A stretch of 64,000 bases of DNA from NCBI GenBank assembly GCA_043778105.1, contig JAYWGV010000061.1, positions 5,179-69,178 on the forward strand, read 5' to 3'. This DNA comes from Bacteroidota bacterium. GTDB lineage: Bacteria > Bacteroidota > Bacteroidia > Flavobacteriales > Flavobacteriaceae. Shown here in pieces: positions 46,048-55,241 of this stretch (positions are counted from its first letter, which is position 1; each line of letters starts with the position of its first letter). The notes beneath the pieces are model-generated. The model was not told where the DNA came from. It ran no database searches and saw only the letters and a program-made list of their open reading frames with translations. A program made the translations under genes and the position numbers.

Positions 46048-47676
46048 ATGAAAGATATTAAAATTAACGAAGATGCATTTCAAAATCCATTTGTTTTCAA
46101 AACAGATTGGAAAGTCGCATTCGAGGACCAAGAATTTGTAAAAGTTTTTTCTTCGGATATTCTAGAAAGTTATATTGTTAACAAACGTTGGTATGGAGGA
46201 AAAGCCAGTACTTTGAAGTATATCGAAGTCGTTGATTTTTTCAAAATGACTTCTAAAAAAAATACCTATTATGGTGTCTTGCTAGAAGTAAATTTTAAAG
46301 AAGCATTTTATCAGCATTATTTTATGCCAATTTCGTTTATGAAAGAAGACGAATTGGACACGAATACTGTAATTGCTCCAGTAAAAATGAACGGAATTGA
46401 AGGTTTTCTTGTTGATGCTTTGCACCAAGAAGATTTCAAGAAACTTTTATTTGATAAAATTGTAGCATCAGGCGAAAAAACCAACGACAAATTAAAATTC
46501 CATAAAGGACAGAAACTTATTGACAAAGAATATGTTTCGTCAAAATTTATGGGCGTCGAACAAAGCAACACCTCAATAATTTATAACGGAACGTTGGTCT
46601 TGAAAATTTTCCGTCGCATATATATTAGTACAAATCCAGATTATGAAATTTCACGTTTCTTGACCGAACGAATGGATTTCAAATCATCGCCAGCTTATAC
46701 TGGAAGTATCAGTGTTGAGTTATCTGAGGGAAAAATTACACTTGGATTAATGCAACAATTGGTTCCAAATCAAGGCGATGCTTGGGAATTTATGCTAAAA
46801 GAAGTCGATGGAATTTTTGACAACTTGAAAACCAAGAAAATCAAAATCCCAAAATTGCCTCAAGTCGAAATGTTTAAACGGCTAAAAATCAATGAAGTTC
46901 CTCACGAAATTATCGATTGGGCAGGTTTAAGTATTTTTATGCGCATTCATACATTGGCAACTCGAACCGCCGAAATGCACATTGCTTTAGGCAGCGACAT
47001 TCACGATACAGCCTTTACACCAACGACTTATAACGGCGATTACACCGTTTGGTTAAAAAATAGATTGACTTATCAGTTTCAAAATCGACTGAATATTCTA
47101 GAAAACAATCTTCATAAATTGGACGGATTAGCATTAGAACTAGCAAATAAATTTCTAGATAATAAAAAAGAAATCCGAAAACTATTCCTAGATTTCGATT
47201 GGACAAAAATGAAATCCGAACGAATACGAATTCACGGCGATTATCATTTAGGACAAGTTTTGGTTTCTGGAGACGATTTTTGGTTGCTCGATTTCGAAGG
47301 CGAACCAGAATCGACAATCCGTGACAGAAAAGTAAAACAACCACCATTAAAAGACGTTGCAGGAATGTTTCGCTCATTTCATTATTGCATTTACGCAACA
47401 ATTTTCAATAACAAAGACAAATATCCATACGAACAAGAAGAATTATTTGCTGCGGGCGAAGTTTTATTCAAATATTTTGTTGGCGTTTTCTTGAGAACTT
47501 ACACAGATGTTGCCCAAGCAGGCAACCTGAATATTGGTTACAAAAACGAAATCGATTTTTTCTTAAAATATTGTATTCTCGAAAAAGCAGTTTACGAATT
47601 GGGATATGAGTTGAATTCGCGACCACGTTGGGCAGTGATTCCATTGACAGGAATTGCTAGTATTATGGAGTATTAA
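46048..47676 (+). CDS. mak: maltokinase (Mak/Pep2-like) with N-terminal cap domain
   Basis: Kinase catalytic loop IHGDYHLGQVL and the DFEGEP metal-binding motif. The real start is probably ATG 46048, because the first 15 track codons lie in a repeat element. Confidence 0.75.
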   Translation: MKDIKINEDAFQNPFVFKTDWKVAFEDQEFVKVFSSDILESYIVNKRWYGGKASTLKYIEVVDFFKMTSKKNTYYGVLLEVNFKEAFYQHYFMPISFMKEDELDTNTVIAPVKMNGIEGFLVDALHQEDFKKLLFDKIVASGEKTNDKLKFHKGQKLIDKEYVSSKFMGVEQSNTSIIYNGTLVLKIFRRIYISTNPDYEISRFLTERMDFKSSPAYTGSISVELSEGKITLGLMQQLVPNQGDAWEFMLKEVDGIFDNLKTKKIKIPKLPQVEMFKRLKINEVPHEIIDWAGLSIFMRIHTLATRTAEMHIALGSDIHDTAFTPTTYNGDYTVWLKNRLTYQFQNRLNILENNLHKLDGLALELANKFLDNKKEIRKLFLDFDWTKMKSERIRIHGDYHLGQVLVSGDDFWLLDFEGEPESTIRDRKVKQPPLKDVAGMFRSFHYCIYATIFNNKDKYPYEQEELFAAGEVLFKYFVGVFLRTYTDVAQAGNLNIGYKNEIDFFLKYCILEKAVYELGYELNSRPRWAVIPLTGIASIMEY

Positions 47677-47708
47677 TTTTTTTTTGAATTTATCTTGAAT
47701 TTATTTCA

Positions 47709-47820
47709 GGAGCTATTTCCCGCTTTCATTCCAATCTTTTTTATTTTTCAATTGCCACGGGTTTAAACCCGTGGCAATTGAAAAATAAAAAAGGATTTTC
47801 CCTTCAATCGGGGCTAGGGC
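47709..47820 (-). repeat. family-A structured repeat, copy 4
   Basis: Reverse orientation. Its apical hairpin core CAATTGCCACGGGTTTAAACCCGTGGCAATTG is identical to copy 1. Confidence 0.8.
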
Positions 47821-47874
47821 ATTGGCTTTCAAAAGAAATTTTATTTTTAAAATGAAATTCAATTTTTAAAATTT

Positions 47875-47882
47875 TACATTTG
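47875..47882 (+). promoter_or_regulatory. -7 box TACATTTG (antitoxin/toxin pair)
   Basis: TAnnTTTG match, 17 nt upstream of the ATG. It is preceded by two ATTTTTAAAAT direct repeats (47843-47853 and 47862-47872). Confidence 0.5.
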
Positions 47883-47899
47883 TATAAATAAAAGCTATT

Positions 47900-48190
47900 A
47901 TGACAACAATCACAATTAACGGAAAATCAAAAGCTGCTAAAACTTTATTAGATTTAGCCAAAATTCTTGCTGTAAAAAATAGTGGAATTAGCGTTGAAAA
48001 TGATAATGATTTACAAGATGAAATTGTTGCAAACAATATTAAAGGTTATCCAATTTCAAAAAATGAATATATAAGTTTAGTAAATGAAGCCGATGAAAGA
48101 ATCTCCAATGGAATTTATACATCTTCCGAAGATTTAGATGAAGAAATTAAAACTTGGGATGATCAAAGTAGAAAAAGTAAAATGGGATAA
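47900..48190 (+). CDS. antitoxin-like small protein (partner of the ParE/RelE-type gene)
   Basis: 96 aa. It has its own TACATTTG -7 box 18 nt upstream and overlaps the toxin reading frame by 32 nt. Confidence 0.55.
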   Translation: MTTITINGKSKAAKTLLDLAKILAVKNSGISVENDNDLQDEIVANNIKGYPISKNEYISLVNEADERISNGIYTSSEDLDEEIKTWDDQSRKSKMG

Positions 48191-48458
48191 TCAAGCTAAG
48201 GCAGATTAAAAATTGATTTTCGAATACATCAAGTTAGATTCTTTACAAAATGCAAAAAAAGTAATAAATGAAATTGTTTCACATTCTAAATCTATAAAAT
48301 TTGTTGAACAATATCAAGTTGATGAATTTCTTGGAGAACCTTTCAGAAGAATGATTATTAGCCATTATAAAATTGTTTACAAAATTCATTCTGAAACCGA
48401 AATAAGAATTCTTCAGATATTTGACACCAGACAAAACCAATTAAAATTAAGAAAATAG
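48159..48458 (+). pseudogene. ParE/RelE-family toxin gene interrupted by an in-frame TAA at codon 17
   Basis: The frame from ATG 48159 reads MIKVEKVKWDNQAKAD*KLIFEYIKLDSLQNAKKVINEIV...ILQIFDTRQ. The stop at 48207-48209 sits where ParE proteins have Leu (TTA). The track ORF 48213.. is the truncated remainder. Confidence 0.7.
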
Positions 48459-48467
48459 CTCATTAAT

Positions 48468-50378
48468 ATGAACCAAGTAACCCCACATTCCCTATTAACT
48501 GACTTTGATATCAATCTTTTCAAAGCAGGAAAACATTTTCGATTGCACGAAAAACTAGGCGCGCACATTCTAGAAGTCAACGGCGTGAAAGGCGTATATT
48601 TTGCAGTTTGGGCACCATCTGCCAAAGCCGTCGATGTTATTGGCGACTTCAATTATTGGGTCGAAGGCGAACACAAACTCAACGTTCGTTGGGACGGATC
48701 GGGCATTTGGGAAGGATTTATTCCAGACGTTCAAAAAGGTTCGACCTATAAATATTTGATAACATCGAACAATCAAAATATTAAAACCGAAAAAGCAGAT
48801 CCATTTGCCAAATTGTGCGAACATCCACCAAGAACAGCATCCGTTGTTTGGGATTTAGATTACAAGTGGAAAGACAATTCGTGGATGAAATCCCGAAAAG
48901 ATAAAAACGGATTAGACAAACCTTACTCGGTTTACGAAGTACATTTGGGATCTTGGAAACGCAATTCTGAAGGAAATTTCTTGACTTATCTTGAATTTGC
49001 CGAAGAATTAGTGCGTTATGTCAAAGAAACAGGCTTCACTCACGTCGAGTTTATGCCAGTAATGGAATATCCTTATGATCCATCTTGGGGTTATCAATTG
49101 GTTGGCTATTTTGCGCCAACTTCACGATTCGGAAAACCGCAAGATTTCATGGTTCTTGTTGATAAACTGCACCAAGCCGAAATTGGAGTAATTTTGGATT
49201 GGGTGCCATCTCATTTTCCAGATGATGCGCATGGTTTAGGTTTTTTCGATGGCTCAAATTTATTCGAACATCCTGACAGAAAAAAAGGTTATCACCCAGA
49301 TTGGAAAAGTTTGGTTTTTAATTATGGTCGCAACGAAGTTCGTTCGTTCTTGATTTCAAATGCCATTTTTTGGTTGCAACATTACCACGTTGATGGTTTG
49401 CGAGTTGATGCTGTTGCTTCAATGTTATATCTTGATTATTCAAGAAATGATGGCGAATGGGAACCAAATATGTATGGTGGAAATGAAAATCTAGACACAA
49501 TTAGTTTCCTAAAAGATTTCAACGAAGCCGTTTATTCTAATTTCGAAGGCGTTCAAACAATTGCTGAGGAAAGTACAAGTTTCCCGATGGTTTCTCGTCC
49601 AACATCAATTGGAGGTTTAGGTTTCGGAATGAAATGGATGATGGGTTGGATGCACGACACACTGCAATATTTCCAAAAAGAACCAGTTTATAGAAAATAC
49701 CATCAAAACGACTTGACTTTCTCAATGACTTATGCATTTACCGAGAATTTTATGTTGCCATTGTCTCACGATGAGGTTGTGTATGGCAAAAAATCTATAG
49801 CCAATAAAATGCCAGGTGACGAATGGCAGAAATTTGCCAATTTACGTTTGCTTTATGGTTATATGTTTACACATCCAGGAGCAAAATTATTGTTTCAAGG
49901 TGCAGAATTTGGGCAATCTCGTGAGTGGAATTTCGAGGCAAGTCTCGATTGGCATTTGCTAGAATTTGGTTATCACAAAGGAATAAAAGCTGTAATTACC
50001 GATTTGAATGCATTATACAAAACCTATCCAGCACTACACGAAAAACAATTCAACGCCGATGGTTTCGAATGGATAAATTATTCAGACCATCAAAATGCAG
50101 TTATGTCTTATATCCGTCATGGCAATAATGCAAAAGATTCGGTTGTCGTTGTTTGCAATTTCACACCAGTTGTTCGTGGCGATTATAGAATTGGTTTACC
50201 AAAAAAAGGAAAATTAATAGAAATTTTCAATTCCGATGAAACCAAATATGCTGGAAGTGGTGTTTCGAACGAAAAACCAATAAAAATCGATTCAGAATCA
50301 TGGAATGGTAGAGCATTTTCAGCAGCATTAGTTTTGCCACCATTATCGGTTGTGGTTTTTAAAATTTCTGATAAATAG
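48468..50378 (+). CDS. glgB: 1,4-alpha-glucan branching enzyme
   Basis: GLRVDAVASMLY, AEESTSFP, and LSHDEVV motifs. Length is 636 aa. Confidence 0.92.
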   Translation: MNQVTPHSLLTDFDINLFKAGKHFRLHEKLGAHILEVNGVKGVYFAVWAPSAKAVDVIGDFNYWVEGEHKLNVRWDGSGIWEGFIPDVQKGSTYKYLITSNNQNIKTEKADPFAKLCEHPPRTASVVWDLDYKWKDNSWMKSRKDKNGLDKPYSVYEVHLGSWKRNSEGNFLTYLEFAEELVRYVKETGFTHVEFMPVMEYPYDPSWGYQLVGYFAPTSRFGKPQDFMVLVDKLHQAEIGVILDWVPSHFPDDAHGLGFFDGSNLFEHPDRKKGYHPDWKSLVFNYGRNEVRSFLISNAIFWLQHYHVDGLRVDAVASMLYLDYSRNDGEWEPNMYGGNENLDTISFLKDFNEAVYSNFEGVQTIAEESTSFPMVSRPTSIGGLGFGMKWMMGWMHDTLQYFQKEPVYRKYHQNDLTFSMTYAFTENFMLPLSHDEVVYGKKSIANKMPGDEWQKFANLRLLYGYMFTHPGAKLLFQGAEFGQSREWNFEASLDWHLLEFGYHKGIKAVITDLNALYKTYPALHEKQFNADGFEWINYSDHQNAVMSYIRHGNNAKDSVVVVCNFTPVVRGDYRIGLPKKGKLIEIFNSDETKYAGSGVSNEKPIKIDSESWNGRAFSAALVLPPLSVVVFKISDK

Positions 50379-50381
50379 TTT

Positions 50382-50428
50382 TTAATTCTACCCTGTCAGG
50401 GTTTTAAACCCTGACAGGGTAGAATTAA
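50382..50428. repeat. 47-nt perfect palindrome after glgB
   Basis: TTAATTCTACCCTGTCAGGGTTT-T-AAACCCTGACAGGGTAGAATTAA. The arms are 23 bp, and no U-tract follows on either strand. Confidence 0.8.
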
Positions 50429-50492
50429 ATAATCAACAATAACGTTTGCGTAAATGTTAATAAAATTCAAATAGAAAACTTACAATAAAATG

Positions 50493-50500
50493 TATATTTG
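50493..50500 (+). promoter_or_regulatory. -7 box TATATTTG (GH31 gene)
   Basis: TAnnTTTG match, 21 nt upstream of the ATG. Confidence 0.5.
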
Positions 50501-50521
50501 AAGTTCAGAAATTTTTAAAAT

Positions 50522-52921
50522 ATGATTACAAATACCGAACTCGAATACAAAGGCGATTTATATCCATCGAAAATAACTTCATTCGAAAAAGACAACGACA
50601 GCTACTTATTTCATACTGATAATAATGTAATTCTTAAAGTTACTGTATTAAGAGACAGCATGATACGTTTTCGTTATACAGCCAAAGGATATTTTAGTAA
50701 CGATTTTTCGTATGCTATTGACAAGAAGCACAATCACGGTTATAACGAACTCGATTTTAAAGAACACGCCGATTGTTATCATATAAAAACCAGCAAAGTT
50801 GTTTGCCAAATCAATAAAGTTGACACTAGAGTTTCTATTTATGACCTTCAAGGAAATGTAATTCTCGAAGACGAATTGGGTTTTCATTGGGAAGAAAGTT
50901 ACGAATTTGGAGGCAACATTGTCAAAATGAGCAAAGCATCTCGAGAAGGCGAATGTTTTTATGGTCTGGGCGATAAAGCAAGTCATTTGAATTTGAAAGG
51001 AAAACGCCTAGAAAATTGGGCAACCGATCAATATGCATTTGCAAAAGATCAAGAACCTTTGTATAAATGTGTGCCTTTTTATATTGGTTTACACAACAAA
51101 AAAACCTACGGAATTTTCTTCGACAACACTTTTAGAAGTTATTTCGATTTTAGTCACGAACGTAGAAATGTAACCAGTTTTTGGGCCGATGGTGGCGAAA
51201 TGAATTATTATTTCATTTATGGTCCAAAAATGCAAGATGTCGTTACGACATATACCGATTTGACTGGAAAACCAGAATTGCCACCGCTTTGGGCACTAGG
51301 ATATCACCAATGCAAATGGAGCTATTATCCAGAAGCCAAAGTCAAAGAGGTTGCAGCAAAATTTAGAGAATTGCAAATTCCTTGCGACGGAATTTACCTC
51401 GATATAGATTATATGGAAGGTTTTAGATGTTTCACTTGGAGCAAAGAATATTTTCCAGATCCAAAAAGAATGGTTGCCGAATTGGCTGCCGATGGTTTCA
51501 AAACTGTCGTAATTATTGATCCAGGAATAAAAATTGATAAAGATTATTGGGTTTATAATGAAGCTTTAGAAAAAGATTATTTTTGTAAACGTGCCGATGG
51601 TCCATACATGAAAGGAAAAGTTTGGCCTGGCGAATGCAATTTTCCCGATTATACCAACCCAGAAGTTCGAGAATGGTGGGCTGGATTGTTCAAAGAATTA
51701 ATTTCTGATATTGGTGTAAAAGGAGTTTGGAATGATATGAACGAACCAGCAGTTATGGAAGTTCCAACCAAAACTTTCCCGCTTGATGTGCGCCACGAAT
51801 ACGACGGAAATCCATGTTCGCATCGAAAAGCGCATAATATTTATGGCACTCAAATGGCGCGTGCAACTTACCACGGCGTAAAGCGATTTGCTTATCCAAA
51901 ACGACCATTTATTATTACACGATCTGCTTATTCAGGCGCACAAAGATACACATCGTCTTGGACTGGCGACAACATTGCAACTTGGGAACATTTATGGATT
52001 GCCAACGTTCAGGTGCAAAGAATGTCCTTGTCAGGAATGGGTTTTACAGGAACCGATATTGGCGGTTTTGCCGAGCAACCAACTAGCGAATTATACACAC
52101 GTTGGATTCAGTTAGGCGTTTTTCATCCGTTTTGTCGCACACATTCATCGGGCGATCACGGCGAACAAGAACCTTGGGCATTTGACGATGAGGTAATTAA
52201 CATAACTCGAAAGTTCGTAAATCTTCGTTATCAATTGCTACCTTATTTATACACAATGTTTTGGCAATATATCGAAGAAGGAATTCCGATGTTAAAATCT
52301 ATTGTATATTATGACCAAGACGATATTCAAACGCATTATCGAACCGACGAATTTGTTTATGGAAATCAGATTTTAGTTTGTCCAATTTTAGAACCTAATT
52401 CCTTAGGTCGAAGAATGTACATTCCTCGTGGCAATTGGTACAATTATTGGACAAACGAATATGTTTCGGGCGGAAAAGAAACTTGGGTCGATACACATTA
52501 TGACGAAATTCCAGTATTTGTAAAAGAAGGAGCAATGATTCCTAAATATCCTGTACAACAATATGTTGGCGAATTAGAAATTACAGAACTGACTTTAGAT
52601 ATGTATTTTAAACTAGGTAAAGAAACATCAGTTGTCTATGAAGATGCACAAGACGGCTACGATTACAAGAAAGGACGTTTTTGTCTTACAACATTCAAAT
52701 TAACGGGAAAAGACAAAGACTTAGTGATTCAAAAACACATCGAAGGAAAATTTGAAACTTCTTATGAAAATTACAAAATAAATTTTATTGGAATGCCATT
52801 TAAAATTGCAAAAATTTATGTCGATAATGAGCAAATTAAATTCGATAAACTTCAAGTAAATACCGATAATGTGTTATTGATAGATAAACATTTTACTTCT
52901 TTACATATTATAGGAGAATAA
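50522..52921 (+). CDS. GH31 alpha-glucosidase
   Basis: GVWNDMNEP nucleophile region and the WTGDN motif. Confidence 0.88.
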   Translation: MITNTELEYKGDLYPSKITSFEKDNDSYLFHTDNNVILKVTVLRDSMIRFRYTAKGYFSNDFSYAIDKKHNHGYNELDFKEHADCYHIKTSKVVCQINKVDTRVSIYDLQGNVILEDELGFHWEESYEFGGNIVKMSKASREGECFYGLGDKASHLNLKGKRLENWATDQYAFAKDQEPLYKCVPFYIGLHNKKTYGIFFDNTFRSYFDFSHERRNVTSFWADGGEMNYYFIYGPKMQDVVTTYTDLTGKPELPPLWALGYHQCKWSYYPEAKVKEVAAKFRELQIPCDGIYLDIDYMEGFRCFTWSKEYFPDPKRMVAELAADGFKTVVIIDPGIKIDKDYWVYNEALEKDYFCKRADGPYMKGKVWPGECNFPDYTNPEVREWWAGLFKELISDIGVKGVWNDMNEPAVMEVPTKTFPLDVRHEYDGNPCSHRKAHNIYGTQMARATYHGVKRFAYPKRPFIITRSAYSGAQRYTSSWTGDNIATWEHLWIANVQVQRMSLSGMGFTGTDIGGFAEQPTSELYTRWIQLGVFHPFCRTHSSGDHGEQEPWAFDDEVINITRKFVNLRYQLLPYLYTMFWQYIEEGIPMLKSIVYYDQDDIQTHYRTDEFVYGNQILVCPILEPNSLGRRMYIPRGNWYNYWTNEYVSGGKETWVDTHYDEIPVFVKEGAMIPKYPVQQYVGELEITELTLDMYFKLGKETSVVYEDAQDGYDYKKGRFCLTTFKLTGKDKDLVIQKHIEGKFETSYENYKINFIGMPFKIAKIYVDNEQIKFDKLQVNTDNVLLIDKHFTSLHIIGE

Positions 52922-52961
52922 AGAAAAATTTTGATTAATTTTGAATTAAAAAACATCAAAA

Positions 52962-53789
52962 ATGAAAAAATTTAAAATATTAGCATCATTTGTAATAATT
53001 GCAATTGCTTTTTCTTGCGCAACAAATCCTTTTACAGGACAAAAAACTATGGCGTTGGTTCCAGATAGTCAGATATTTCCATCTGCATTTGCACAATATG
53101 GACAATTTTTAGCTGAAAATAAAGTCATTTCTGGAACTAAAGATGCCATTCGTGTTGAGAATATTGGTACAAAAATTAAAGTTGCAGCCGAAAGATATTT
53201 GACTGCAAATGGTCATCCAGAATATTTACAAAATTATCAATGGGAATATAAATTGGTCGAAAGTAAAGAAGTAAACGCTTGGTGTATGCCTGGTGGAAAA
53301 ATTGTAGTCTATTCTGGAATTCTCCCAATTATGAAAGACGATTCAGGAATGGCAGCCGTTATGGGTCACGAAGTTGCACACGCATTGGCCAATCACGGTC
53401 AGCAAAGGATGAGCGCCGGAATGTTGCAACAACTTGGTGGCGTGGCAGTTGGAGTTGCGGTTGGAAGCAAAAGTCAAGAAACACAAGAAATGATAATGCA
53501 AGCCTACGGAATTGGCACACAAGTTGGAGGAATGTTGCCTTTTAGCCGTGCGCATGAAAGCGAAGCCGACATGATTGGACTAACTTTAATGGCAATTGCG
53601 GGTTACAATCCTGAAAGTGCAGTTGCAATTTGGGAAAGAATGTCTTCTGGTTCAGGCGGAAAACAAGCACCAGCAGAAATTATGAGCACACACCCAGCCA
53701 ATGAAACTAGAATTGCTAATTTAAGAAATTTAATTCCTACTGCGAAAGCCGAAGCTGCAAAATATGGTGTTAAAACCTTTAAACAATAA
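52962..53789 (+). CDS. M48 family metallopeptidase lipoprotein
   Basis: HEVAHAL zinc motif, a downstream ESEAD, and a lipobox (FSC). Confidence 0.82.
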   Translation: MKKFKILASFVIIAIAFSCATNPFTGQKTMALVPDSQIFPSAFAQYGQFLAENKVISGTKDAIRVENIGTKIKVAAERYLTANGHPEYLQNYQWEYKLVESKEVNAWCMPGGKIVVYSGILPIMKDDSGMAAVMGHEVAHALANHGQQRMSAGMLQQLGGVAVGVAVGSKSQETQEMIMQAYGIGTQVGGMLPFSRAHESEADMIGLTLMAIAGYNPESAVAIWERMSSGSGGKQAPAEIMSTHPANETRIANLRNLIPTAKAEAAKYGVKTFKQ

Positions 53790-53812
53790 TAAGTTTTTTA
53801 AAATAATATAAG

Positions 53813-53843
53813 TCATTTCAATTTTTGGAATGATTTTTTTTTT
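53813..53843 (+). terminator. intrinsic terminator after the M48 peptidase gene
   Basis: TCATTTC-AATTTTT-GGAATGA (one G-U pair), followed by T10. Confidence 0.6.
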
Positions 53844-53865
53844 GAATTTTTTAAATAATATTAGA

Positions 53866-55158
53866 ATGAACAATTTACATAAAGGAAGTAAAAAGTTGAC
53901 AAATGCTTGGGCATTTTACGATTGGGCGAATTCGGTTTATACTTTAGTCATTATATCGGCAATTTTCCCGCTGTTTTATGCCAGTTTATTCACTAAAGAA
54001 AACCCAAATGTTGCTGTTTTTGGAACAACAATTTCCAATACGGCTTTAATTAGTTTTATTACGGCTTTTGCATTTTTGGTTGTTGCAATAATTTCGCCAA
54101 TTCTTTCAGGAATAGCCGATTATATTGGTAATAAAAAACGATTTTTACGAATTTTTTGCTACATTGGTTCTGCTTCATGTATTGGATTGTACTTTTTCGA
54201 CAAACAAAATATTTACTTAGGATTATTGTTCTACTTTTTTGGATTAATTGGATATTGGGGAAGCATAGTTTTTTATAATTCTTATTTGCCAGACGTCGCA
54301 TTTAAAGATCAGCAAGACAGTTTGAGTGCCAAAGGTTATTCTATGGGATATGTCGGAAGCGTTATTTTACTTTTAATTTGTTTGTTTTTAGTTATTGGAA
54401 AAGAAGGTCAAGAAGCAGTGCAAGCCATGCGATTATCATTTTTATTGACAGGAATTTGGTGGTTTGTTTTCGCTCAGTATACGTTATATCATTTGCCGAA
54501 AGGCAATCATAGTGAGAAAAAGATAACAAAAGCAGTTTTTTTTAATGGATTCAAAGAATTGCGAAAAGTTAAAAATCAGCTATTTGAGAATTTAATATTA
54601 AAAAGATATTTAATTGCTTTTTTCGTATTTAGTATGGCAGTGCAAACAGTTATGCTTGTTGCAACCTATTTTGGCGAAAAAGAAATCTTGTGGGAATCTG
54701 ATTCTCAGAAAACTATGGGTTTGATTGTGAGTATTTTAGTAATTAATTTAATTGCAGTTTTAGGTGCAGTTTTAACATCGAAAGCATCAAATAAATTTGG
54801 AAACATACCAACTTTGATTGTTGTAAACGGCATTTGGGTAGCAATTTGCATTTGCGCTTTTTTTGTAACATTACCCATTCATTTTTATATAACTGCAGGA
54901 TTTGTAGGTTTGGTCATGGGTGGCATTCAGGCCTTGGCAAGATCTACTTACTCTAAATTTTTACCAGAAACCGATGATACAGCTTCGTTTTTTAGTTTTT
55001 ATGACGTAACCGAAAAAATCGGAATTGTAATCGGAATGTCTATCTACGGAATTATTGATGAGGTAACAGGTTCGATGAGAAATGCAATTCTTTTTCTAGG
55101 ATTATTTTTTGTAATTGGACTAATATTATTGTTTAGAGTTCCAAAAAAAAGTATATAA
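53866..55158 (+). CDS. MFS transporter (UMF1/Atg22-like)
   Basis: AWAFYDWANSVY N-terminal signature and about 12 TM helices. I prefer ATG 53866, because a terminator hairpin covers the ATG at 53830. Confidence 0.75.
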   Translation: MNNLHKGSKKLTNAWAFYDWANSVYTLVIISAIFPLFYASLFTKENPNVAVFGTTISNTALISFITAFAFLVVAIISPILSGIADYIGNKKRFLRIFCYIGSASCIGLYFFDKQNIYLGLLFYFFGLIGYWGSIVFYNSYLPDVAFKDQQDSLSAKGYSMGYVGSVILLLICLFLVIGKEGQEAVQAMRLSFLLTGIWWFVFAQYTLYHLPKGNHSEKKITKAVFFNGFKELRKVKNQLFENLILKRYLIAFFVFSMAVQTVMLVATYFGEKEILWESDSQKTMGLIVSILVINLIAVLGAVLTSKASNKFGNIPTLIVVNGIWVAICICAFFVTLPIHFYITAGFVGLVMGGIQALARSTYSKFLPETDDTASFFSFYDVTEKIGIVIGMSIYGIIDEVTGSMRNAILFLGLFFVIGLILLFRVPKKSI

Positions 55159-55184
55159 AATTTAAACCTAAAATTTTATAAAAT

Positions 55185-55220
55185 AAAAAAATGCGTTCTC
55201 AATTACAAGAACGCATTTTT
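55185..55220. terminator. bidirectional intrinsic terminator
   Basis: A-run, then AATGCGTTCT-CAATTACA-AGAACGCATT, then TTT. It lies between convergent genes. Confidence 0.75.
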
Positions 55221-55241
55221 ACAATCTAACTATTCAATAAA

